Shown: positions 9,283 to 16,402 of the stretch, piece by piece
Position numbering within the stretch: the stretch's first letter is position 1
How the letters are laid out: every line of letters begins with the position of its first letter
Assembly (NCBI GenBank): GCA_001823215.1
Contig: MHTV01000045.1
Location: forward strand, 1-44,017
DNA length: 44,017 bases
Direction of reading: 5' to 3'
DNA from: Candidatus Wildermuthbacteria bacterium RIFCSPHIGHO2_02_FULL_45_25
Lineage (GTDB): Bacteria > Patescibacteriota > Minisyncoccia > Minisyncoccales > UBA10102
The notes under the pieces: model-generated
The model's database searches: none
The model's input: the letters and a program-made list of their open reading frames with translations, nothing else
Told to the model about the DNA's origin: nothing
Position numbers and translations under genes: made by a program

Positions 9283-9948
9283 TTATCGTTGGATTTTTGT
9301 TCGTAAAGTATCCCAAATATGCTCGTGGATATCTTCTTTACATAGCATACTATTTTCCTTCATACATTCAATAACGCAAAAATCTTGAGGGAAAAGAGAG
9401 ATGGTATGCTGATAAGATTTCCATGAATCCTGCAAATACGAGAGGTTTTGCTCATGAATATCTTGTTTGATTTTCTTGGCAGGGTTAGCCAGAGCCACAA
9501 GCTCAAAGGATTTTTCAGGCGAGACATTCATGAAAAAAGAGATACTTGGTTTGCAAACGCCAAATATGGAAATTTCCAGATCATACAGCCATCTGAAAAA
9601 TTTTTCGCGCGCTCTTTTGTCTTTAATTTTCCCGCCTTGATGCCCGAAGTTCGACCACAAATAGCGATCGGTTACCACGATATTTCCTTGCGCAAGCCAT
9701 TTGGTAATCTGAAAATTCGCATCGTAATGATCAATGGCGAAAAATATTGCTGCTTGTTGAGGGCTAACCTCCGTGAGCATTCCCCAAGCTCCTGAAAGGT
9801 ACTCTTCTACGGGCCCGGCAGATTTCTTGCCGTATTGGGGCGAATGCAATGTTTGCACCGGATATCCTTCTTTCTGTAATCTGGCAATCAAAAGTTCGAC
9901 TTGCGTAGTTTTTCCCGAACCGTCAATTCCTTCAAAGTTAATAAACAT
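9283..9948 (-). CDS. tmk: Thymidylate kinase
   Basis: P-loop FEGIDGSGKTTQ and DRY motif; sits within the dTTP cluster. Confidence 0.9.
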   Translation of the reverse strand: MFINFEGIDGSGKTTQVELLIARLQKEGYPVQTLHSPQYGKKSAGPVEEYLSGAWGMLTEVSPQQAAIFFAIDHYDANFQITKWLAQGNIVVTDRYLWSNFGHQGGKIKDKRAREKFFRWLYDLEISIFGVCKPSISFFMNVSPEKSFELVALANPAKKIKQDIHEQNLSYLQDSWKSYQHTISLFPQDFCVIECMKENSMLCKEDIHEHIWDTLRTKIQR

Positions 9949-9992
9949 TGCTTTGCGATCCAGATAGTTTATCGTTTATGGTAACATCCTAT

Positions 9993-10535
9993 TTATACTT
10001 GTGTTTCCCGCTCGGTTGTTGTTACCCTTCCTCCTTGCCATTGCCCGCGATACTTATTGCCTTCTCCTTTTACTTCAAAAAACATTATGTGCACGATTCT
10101 CGCGCCCATTTCCAATGGAAATTCCTCACTGCGCATATTATAGATACCCATACTCAAACCTCCTTGGTATCCCGGAGGAACTTGGCCGCCATAGACATAT
10201 ACTCCTGATCGAAATAGCGTGGAGCGCGGCGTCATAATTGCCAACAAGTCAATTGGCATATTCACCTTCTCGACGGTTTGCAAAACATAATAAGTTTGCG
10301 GCTTCAGAGTAATCTTAATTGGCTTAGCATCTCCTTCGTATTTGCCGATCAAACTCATCTGGGGGGTTTCCCGTTCTGTAATACCGAGAAATCCTTTGCC
10401 TGAAACCTCATATATCTCCCCTATTCTCAAGTCAAAACCAGCTCCTTCAGGATTTTTCAATTCGCGTTCTGATAAATTCTCCACAATCTTTTGTTCTGCC
10501 ACTAAACGATGAAGTTCTTTAATTCCTAGTACCAT
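9993..10535 (-). CDS. dUTPase / dCTP deaminase superfamily protein with atypical active-site motif
   Basis: GFDLR, PRSTLFRSG, PGYQG, GARIV and YRGQWQ match the trimeric dUTPase/Dcd fold. Confidence 0.8.
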   Translation of the reverse strand: MVLGIKELHRLVAEQKIVENLSERELKNPEGAGFDLRIGEIYEVSGKGFLGITERETPQMSLIGKYEGDAKPIKITLKPQTYYVLQTVEKVNMPIDLLAIMTPRSTLFRSGVYVYGGQVPPGYQGGLSMGIYNMRSEEFPLEMGARIVHIMFFEVKGEGNKYRGQWQGGRVTTTERETQV

Positions 10536-10538
10536 ACG

Positions 10539-11039
10539 CTATTGGATGTTATATTCTAATAATACGGTGTTATCATTCAGCTTTTCGACAGCTCTTAAGT
10601 CAAGCTTGGCATCTATTTCTTTTTGAAAAAGCTTCAATCCTTCCCCAAATACTACTGGTTCTATGGTAAGATAGAGTTTTTTGATAAGTCTTCGTTCCAT
10701 GAACATCGTATAAATGGATGACCCGCCGCAGATTGCAACTTCTTTGTATCCGCGTTTCTCCAAATCTGCCAAGAGATCACCGGGATCGGCTTCCGTTACT
10801 TCCGCGCCAGGAAAATTCTTCTCTGTATTGGAATACACAATGTTTAGGCGTTCAGGCAAGGGTTTGCCAATCGTTTTGTAGGTATTCAATCCCATGACAA
10901 TCACGCCGGCTTGCTTGGTGCGTTTTACAAAAAATTGTGTATCTTCTTTGCTTGTCCATTCCAAGGAAAGATGTGAGGAGTTGCGCGCGATAAATCCATC
11001 AGCGGATATGCTTGCGATAATAAATGGAGAAATTGCCAT
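10539..11039 (-). CDS. folA: Dihydrofolate reductase (DHFR/RibD-C family)
   Basis: IASISADGFIA, IVMGLNTY..IGKPLPERLNIV and ICGGSSIY motifs; near thyA. The longer ORF start at 11162 runs into the repeat element, so the start is placed at 11039. Confidence 0.85.
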   Translation of the reverse strand: MAISPFIIASISADGFIARNSSHLSLEWTSKEDTQFFVKRTKQAGVIVMGLNTYKTIGKPLPERLNIVYSNTEKNFPGAEVTEADPGDLLADLEKRGYKEVAICGGSSIYTMFMERRLIKKLYLTIEPVVFGEGLKLFQKEIDAKLDLRAVEKLNDNTVLLEYNIQ

Positions 11040-11104
11040 AAAAATCTCTTGTATTTCAGTATCTGTTACTATATCATAAATTGTAAGAAAGAATAAAGCA
11101 CATG

Positions 11105-11223
11105 AAATAATAGTTTTAGAATATACTTTTGAGAACCTTGCGAGCTTGACTGAAGCGAGCACGAGGAATTTTTCAGCAGAAAAATATCCGTGTTCTCAAA
11201 AGTATATTCTAAAACTATTATTT
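11105..11223 (+). repeat. Copy 2 of the conserved-core / variable-arm palindromic element
   Basis: Perfect 32-bp inverted repeat 11105-11136 / 11192-11223 around the 55-nt core CTTGCGAGCTTGACTGAAGCGAGCACGAGGAATTTTTCAGCAGAAAAATATCCGT. Confidence 0.92.
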
Positions 11224-11263
11224 ACCCTCCTATAAACATTTCTAATTCCTCTAATTATTCCGT

Positions 11264-11857
11264 ATGTTTCTTGCCGATATTGATATCAAAAAAGCGTTAC
11301 AAGTAGGCGATCTTTATATCAAAGATTTTGAGGAAGCAAGATTGCAGCCCGCGAGTTACGATATTTTGTTGGGCAATCAGTTTATTGTAACCGATCCTCA
11401 TGCGACTCCCTTTGTGGATCCCGCAAAAGGAATTTTGCCAAAAACCAAAGAAATCTTTATTCCCGATGGCGGTGAATTTATGTTGCATCCGAGCGTGAGC
11501 GTATTGGGTTCGTCTCATGATTTTTTCGGCGCAAGCAACAAATATCTTATTCATCTTTCGGGTAAAAGCAGTCTGGCAAGAATTGGATTGATGGTTCACA
11601 ATACCGCAGGAATTGTAAATCCCGGGCATTATCTCAATATCACGCTGGAATTATGCAATTTGAGTTCCGTGCCGATTATTTTACGCCCTAAGATGAAAAT
11701 CGCGCAATTGCTGTTCTCCATGCTCACAAGCCCAACCCAGCAGGAATACAGTAAAACAGGGAGCTATTCCGATAAGAACCACGGAACGGTCGCAGGAATT
11801 TTTAAGCAGGTGCAAGCCCCTCACATCCCTTATGGAACAGACCAACAAGCATCCTGA
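11264..11857 (+). CDS. dcd: dCTP deaminase
   Basis: [31 protein letters not shown] and KIAQL.F motifs. Confidence 0.9.
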   Translation: MFLADIDIKKALQVGDLYIKDFEEARLQPASYDILLGNQFIVTDPHATPFVDPAKGILPKTKEIFIPDGGEFMLHPSVSVLGSSHDFFGASNKYLIHLSGKSSLARIGLMVHNTAGIVNPGHYLNITLELCNLSSVPIILRPKMKIAQLLFSMLTSPTQQEYSKTGSYSDKNHGTVAGIFKQVQAPHIPYGTDQQAS

Positions 11858-12785
11858 ATACCAATATCTGTATCTTTTGCAGGATATTTTAGATAACGGC
11901 GCCATTAAGCATGAATTTAATACGGGCATTGAATTCCGCAGTGTGTTTGGCAGACAAATTCGTTTTGATTTATCGCAGGGCTTTCCCCTGCTTACCACCA
12001 AGAAAGTTTTTTGGCGCGGCATTACTCACGAACTGTTATGGTTTTTGAAGGGAGATTCCAATATTAAGTACCTTGTGGATAACGATGTGCATATTTGGGA
12101 TGATTGGGCGTATCGCATCTACAAAGAACAACTAGAAAAACTTGGGGCAAATGTGATGTCTCAACAAGATTTTATCGCCAAGCTGAAAGAAAATGACGCG
12201 TTTGCCGCAAAATGGGGCGATATTCTGACTGTGTACGGCCGGATGTGGCGCAAGTGGCCGGCTTCCGATGGACGTGAAATTGATCAAATCGCGTGGGTCA
12301 TTGAAAAGTTAAAGAAAAATCCCGATCGCCGCCATTATGTCGTTTCCGCATGGAATCCGGACTTTATCTATGAGATGGCATCTGCTGGAAACGCGCGTCC
12401 TGTTCCTCCGTTCTGCCACACGATGTTTCAGTTTAACGTCATCAATGGCAAGCTTTCTCTGCAACTCTACCAAAGATCGGCCGATATGTTTTTGGGCGTG
12501 CCGTTTAATATCGCAAGCTACGCATTATTGCTTATGATGCTTGCGCAAGTTACGGGTTATCCGCCGGGAGATTTTGTGCACACATTTGGGGACGCGCATA
12601 TTTACGGAAATCATTACGAACAAGTCCATGAACAACTCAAGCGCGATCCGCGGCCGTTTCCCACGATGGTAATAAATCCTGAACGTAAACATATTGATGA
12701 CTTTACATTTGAAGACTTCAAACTCGAAGGATACGATCCCCATCCCCTTTTGAAAGGCGAAGTAACCGTGGTAGGCGGGTTTTAG
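11832..12785 (+). CDS. thyA: Thymidylate synthase ThyA
   Basis: [26 protein letters not shown] (catalytic Cys), [17 protein letters not shown] and DAHIY.NH motifs. Confidence 0.97.
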   Translation: MEQTNKHPEYQYLYLLQDILDNGAIKHEFNTGIEFRSVFGRQIRFDLSQGFPLLTTKKVFWRGITHELLWFLKGDSNIKYLVDNDVHIWDDWAYRIYKEQLEKLGANVMSQQDFIAKLKENDAFAAKWGDILTVYGRMWRKWPASDGREIDQIAWVIEKLKKNPDRRHYVVSAWNPDFIYEMASAGNARPVPPFCHTMFQFNVINGKLSLQLYQRSADMFLGVPFNIASYALLLMMLAQVTGYPPGDFVHTFGDAHIYGNHYEQVHEQLKRDPRPFPTMVINPERKHIDDFTFEDFKLEGYDPHPLLKGEVTVVGGF

Positions 12786-12961
12786 AATGTTTGCTATGAG
12801 ATTTTCTTTGAATTACGAAACCAGTAGGATATGAGTTTTGAGAACGTTGGGAGCGCGACTGGCGCGAGCCCCTCACCGCAAGGTGATAGGGGGAGCATCA
12901 GGAATGTTTCAGCAGAAACATATCCGTGCTTCTAAAATCTCATAGCAAACACCTAAAACCC
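12777..12961 (+). repeat. Copy 3 of the conserved-core / variable-arm palindromic element (composite copy)
   Basis: Perfect 18-bp inverted repeat 12788-12805 / 12934-12951, extended by GGGTTTTAG 12777-12785 / CTAAAACCC 12953-12961. Core: GAGCGCGACTGGCGCGAGC-CCCTCACCGCAAGGTGATAGGGG-GAGCATCAGGAATGTTTCAGCAGAAACATATCCGTG. Confidence 0.9.
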
Positions 12962-12970
12962 TCTATAATC

Positions 12971-12999
12971 CACAAAACCGCCATTCAGGCGGTTTTGTG
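12971..12999. terminator. Probable bidirectional intrinsic terminator
   Basis: CACAAAACCGCC-ATTCA-GGCGGTTTTGTG, a 12-bp stem between convergent thyA and rplK. Confidence 0.75.
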
Positions 13000-13018
13000 A
13001 CTAAATAAAGTGTTGAGT

Positions 13019-13441
13019 TTATTTCACTTCGAGTCCCATTGATTTTGCGCTTCCCGCGACAATTTTCATTGCTATCTCAATGTCATCGGTGTTGAGATCG
13101 GACATCTTTTTCTCCGCCACTTCGCGAAGCTGTGCTTTGGAGATTGTTCCAATTTTCTTTTTATTTGCTGTTCCAGAGCCCTTCTCAATACCGAGAGTTT
13201 TCTTGATAAGCTGGGTTGTCGGCGGTTGATGCAACACGAACGTAAATGTTCGATCTACAAATATGCTGATATCCACAGGAATCTTAAATCCTTGCTTCTC
13301 TCTTGTTGCCTCGTTGAACTTTTTGGTAAATTCCCCAATGTTCACTCCATGCTGGGCCAACGCCGGCCCCACCGGAGGAGCAGGAGTTGCTTGACCCGCC
13401 GCGATATGCAGTTTTACGATTGCTTTGAGTTTTTTTGCCAT
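13019..13441 (-). CDS. rplK: 50S ribosomal protein L11
   Basis: AGQATPAPPVGPALAQHGVNI and GSAKSMG motifs. Confidence 0.98.
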   Translation of the reverse strand: MAKKLKAIVKLHIAAGQATPAPPVGPALAQHGVNIGEFTKKFNEATREKQGFKIPVDISIFVDRTFTFVLHQPPTTQLIKKTLGIEKGSGTANKKKIGTISKAQLREVAEKKMSDLNTDDIEIAMKIVAGSAKSMGLEVK

Positions 13442-13473
13442 AGTCCTTGCTTGGAGAAGGAAATCCTCTCTCG

Positions 13474-14019
13474 TTACACCTTTTTAATCTGCAATGAATC
13501 CAATTCGACGGGCGTATCTCGTCCAAACATATTCACCAACACCTTTACTTTCCCGCGATCTTTATCTACGTCGGACACCTTTCCGTCAAAATCTTTGAAG
13601 GGTCCATCTATGATTTTCACGATATCTCCTTCTTCCACTTCAATGTGATACTGCGGCTCATCCACTCCCATGCGCTTCTGTAAATAGGCAATTTCTTCGG
13701 TGGATACTGGAATTGGAGTAGTTCCGGAACCAATAAATCCAGTCACATTCGGAGTATTTCTCACCACATACCATGAGTCATCGGTTACCATCATTTCAAC
13801 AAGCACATACCCGGGATAAATTTTCTCCTCCACTATCTTGCGTTTTCCATTTTTAATTTTGATTTTTTTCTCTTTGGGAACCAGCACATTGAAGATTTTA
13901 TCTTCCATTCCCAAAGATTCAATACGCTGTTTGAGGTTGCGCATAACCGCGTCCTCATAACCTGAATACGTATGAATAACATACCAATGCTTTTCTTGAT
14001 CGGTTTGCTGTTTTGGCAT
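13474..14019 (-). CDS. nusG: Transcription termination/antitermination factor NusG
   Basis: WYVIHTYSGYE, YPGYVLV, VRNTPNVTGF and KOW motif IIDGPF. Confidence 0.97.
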   Translation of the reverse strand: MPKQQTDQEKHWYVIHTYSGYEDAVMRNLKQRIESLGMEDKIFNVLVPKEKKIKIKNGKRKIVEEKIYPGYVLVEMMVTDDSWYVVRNTPNVTGFIGSGTTPIPVSTEEIAYLQKRMGVDEPQYHIEVEEGDIVKIIDGPFKDFDGKVSDVDKDRGKVKVLVNMFGRDTPVELDSLQIKKV

Positions 14020-14026
14020 AAGAAAG

Positions 14027-14212
14027 TTATGCGATAAAATTGATAACCTCTGAAAAAATAATGTCAAAGAAGCTTAAAAGAAGTGCGACAACCGCCGAAA
14101 ACGCAATGACGATGATGGTATCGCGAATGGTTTGTTGTCGGCTTGGCCAGCTGACCTTGGATGCCTCCGTTTTTACTTCCTGTAAAAATTGAAATGCGTT
14201 TAGAGCTTTCAT
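14027..14212 (-). CDS. secE: Preprotein translocase subunit SecE
   Basis: EV.TE.SKVSWPSR followed by one TM helix; directly upstream of nusG. Confidence 0.93.
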   Translation of the reverse strand: MKALNAFQFLQEVKTEASKVSWPSRQQTIRDTIIVIAFSAVVALLLSFFDIIFSEVINFIA

Positions 14213-14268
14213 TTTCTATCTTAAAAAAGGCCCCAATGGCCAAAATCTAACTTATCAAGTACGTTTTC

Positions 14269-14297
14269 ACTATACCCAAGCCCAAAGAAAAAGTCAA
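14269..14297 (-). promoter_or_regulatory. Sigma70-type promoter for secE-nusG-rplK
   Basis: Minus strand TTGACT, 17-nt spacer, TATAGT. Confidence 0.65.
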
Positions 14298-14349
14298 TAG
14301 CTAGCTAGTCAGCAGTTTTAACAATAAGAATCAAGACATTGATCTGCGA

Positions 14350-16398
14350 TTAAATATCCAGATTTTGCACTTCTTTGGCGTACGTTTGGATGAATTTTTT
14401 TCGAGAAGCAACTTCGTCGCCCATGAGCACGTCAAAGATATGGTCTGCTTCTTTGATGTCGTCAATGTTTACGCGCAATAATAAACGGTGTTCTGGATTC
14501 ATCGTGGTTTCCCATAGTTGGATTGGGTTCATTTCTCCCAAACCCTTATATCGCTGAATCGCTACTCCAGAGATTTTTGTTTCAACAGTAGGTTCCCCTT
14601 CTTCTTCAGCTACTTGCGCCGCCTTAACTGATGCCTTCGCCGCATTTTTGAGAACTTGCTTTGGTTTGGTTGCTTTCTGTTTTCGGATTTCTTCTAGAAT
14701 TCGTTCCTTATCAGCATCGGTATACGCATATTGAACATTCTTTCCTGCTTGAATGCGGTACAAAGGAGGTTGAGCAATATACAAATATCCTCTATCAATC
14801 ACTGGCTTGAAATAGCGATACATGAGAGTCAGCAACAATGTTCGGATATGAGAACCATCCACGTCCGCATCCGTCATGATAATAATTCGTTGGTAGCGGA
14901 TTTTTTCAATATCAAAATCTTCTGCGATTGCGGCTCCCAATGCGATAACCAATGCCTTAATCTCTTTAGAATCGAGGATCCGATCTAAACGCGCGCGTTC
15001 CACATTCAAAATTTTTCCTTTGAGCGGCAGAATAGCTTGGAACCGGCGATCGCGCGCCATTTTCGCGCTGCCTCCGGCGGATTCTCCCTCCACGATATAT
15101 AACTCCGATTCTTCGGGACGGCGCGAAGCGCAATCGGCAAGTTTTCCCGGCAATGCCAGGCCTTCCAAAATTCCCTTGCGCAAAACTGTTTGACGAGCAG
15201 CCTTCGCGGCTTTACGTGCCTTGGAGGCAAGAATCGCTTTTTCTAGAATAGCTCTGGCATCTTGCGCGTTTCTCTCCAGAAAATCGTTGAGGCCTGTTGC
15301 CACAATTGTCTCTACCACTGGACGCACTTCAGGATTCCCAAGCTTGGCTTTGGTTTGCCCTTCAAATTGGGGCTCTTTTATCTTTACAGAGATTACCGCC
15401 GTCATGCCTTCTCGCACATCATCTCCTGTTAACGATTCCTCTCCTTTGAGAAAATTGCTTTTTTTTGCAAAATCATTCAATGTGCGAGTTAGTGCGGCGC
15501 GAAAACCAGTAATATGCGTTCCGCCTTCGGGATTATGGATATTATTGGCAAATGCTTCCTCGTAGATTTCAAATTCCTCCGTGTACCGTAGCGCGACTTC
15601 CACCAAAATATCCTCTTTTTCTTCTTTGATATAAAATATATTGTCATGCTTTGGCGTCATTTCATGGGTAAGATACCGCACATAGGAAGCAAGCCCTCCT
15701 TCAAAATAAAATGTGTAAGGGATCCCCTCGCCTTCTCTCTCATCAACAAACGTCAACCGAACACCCGAAGATAGATACGCCTGATGGCGCAAATGCTGAA
15801 CAATGCGCTTAGCATCAAAGTGAATCTCTTTGAATATCTCAATATCCGGTTCAAAAGTTACCGTAGTGCCGGTTTCCTTGCTCGCACCTATTTTTTTTAC
15901 TTGTCCTTGAGGATTTCCTCGTTTATATTCCTGCTCGAATTTGCCGCCGTCCCGAGTTACTTCTGCTTTCAAATAGACGGAAAGCGCGTTCACGACGGAA
16001 ACCCCCACCCCATGCAATCCTCCTGAAACTTTATACGCGCCTCCGCCGAATTTGCCACCCGCATGCAAAACCGTCATGACTGTTTCCAGTGTGGATTTTT
16101 TGGTTTGAGGATGCTTTTCCACCGGAATTCCTCGGCCGTCATCAACCACCTGCACGCGATTATTCGGCAATAGGCGCACAATAATATTCTTGGCGTATCC
16201 CGCCATTGCTTCATCCAAACTGTTGTCCAATACCTCCCAAATCAAGTGATGTAAACCATCTGGCCCCGTGGAACCGATATACATTCCCGGGCGCTTTCGC
16301 ACGGGATCCAACCCTTCAAGTACTTGAATCTGGGCTGCTCCATAATCAGACGACTTCGCTGGTTTTTCTTTTGTTTTTGGTATCGCTTTTTTGGGCAT
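14350..16398 (-). CDS. gyrB: DNA gyrase subunit B
   Basis: VRKRPGMYIG, GGLHGVG, TOPRIM VEGESAGG, MTDADVDGSH and QRYKGLGEMN motifs. Confidence 0.96.
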   Translation of the reverse strand: MPKKAIPKTKEKPAKSSDYGAAQIQVLEGLDPVRKRPGMYIGSTGPDGLHHLIWEVLDNSLDEAMAGYAKNIIVRLLPNNRVQVVDDGRGIPVEKHPQTKKSTLETVMTVLHAGGKFGGGAYKVSGGLHGVGVSVVNALSVYLKAEVTRDGGKFEQEYKRGNPQGQVKKIGASKETGTTVTFEPDIEIFKEIHFDAKRIVQHLRHQAYLSSGVRLTFVDEREGEGIPYTFYFEGGLASYVRYLTHEMTPKHDNIFYIKEEKEDILVEVALRYTEEFEIYEEAFANNIHNPEGGTHITGFRAALTRTLNDFAKKSNFLKGEESLTGDDVREGMTAVISVKIKEPQFEGQTKAKLGNPEVRPVVETIVATGLNDFLERNAQDARAILEKAILASKARKAAKAARQTVLRKGILEGLALPGKLADCASRRPEESELYIVEGESAGGSAKMARDRRFQAILPLKGKILNVERARLDRILDSKEIKALVIALGAAIAEDFDIEKIRYQRIIIMTDADVDGSHIRTLLLTLMYRYFKPVIDRGYLYIAQPPLYRIQAGKNVQYAYTDADKERILEEIRKQKATKPKQVLKNAAKASVKAAQVAEEEGEPTVETKISGVAIQRYKGLGEMNPIQLWETTMNPEHRLLLRVNIDDIKEADHIFDVLMGDEVASRKKFIQTYAKEVQNLDI

Positions 16399-16402
16399 AT
16401 AA

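Noticed and set aside
11040..11162. 41-aa N-terminal extension of DHFR in the ORF track
   Set aside because: It is open-frame run-through into element copy 2; DHFR homology begins at MAISPFIIA (11039).
11137..11191. Element core as a hammerhead ribozyme or tRNA fragment
   Set aside because: No CUGANGA/GAAA core across copies and no T-loop or cloverleaf. Other ribozyme classes cannot be excluded without a covariance search.
14560..14700. Lys/Ala/Glu-rich insertion near the GyrB C-terminus as an intein or mobile insert
   Set aside because: About 40 aa of low-complexity sequence at a known variable position after TOPRIM, with no intein terminal motifs.
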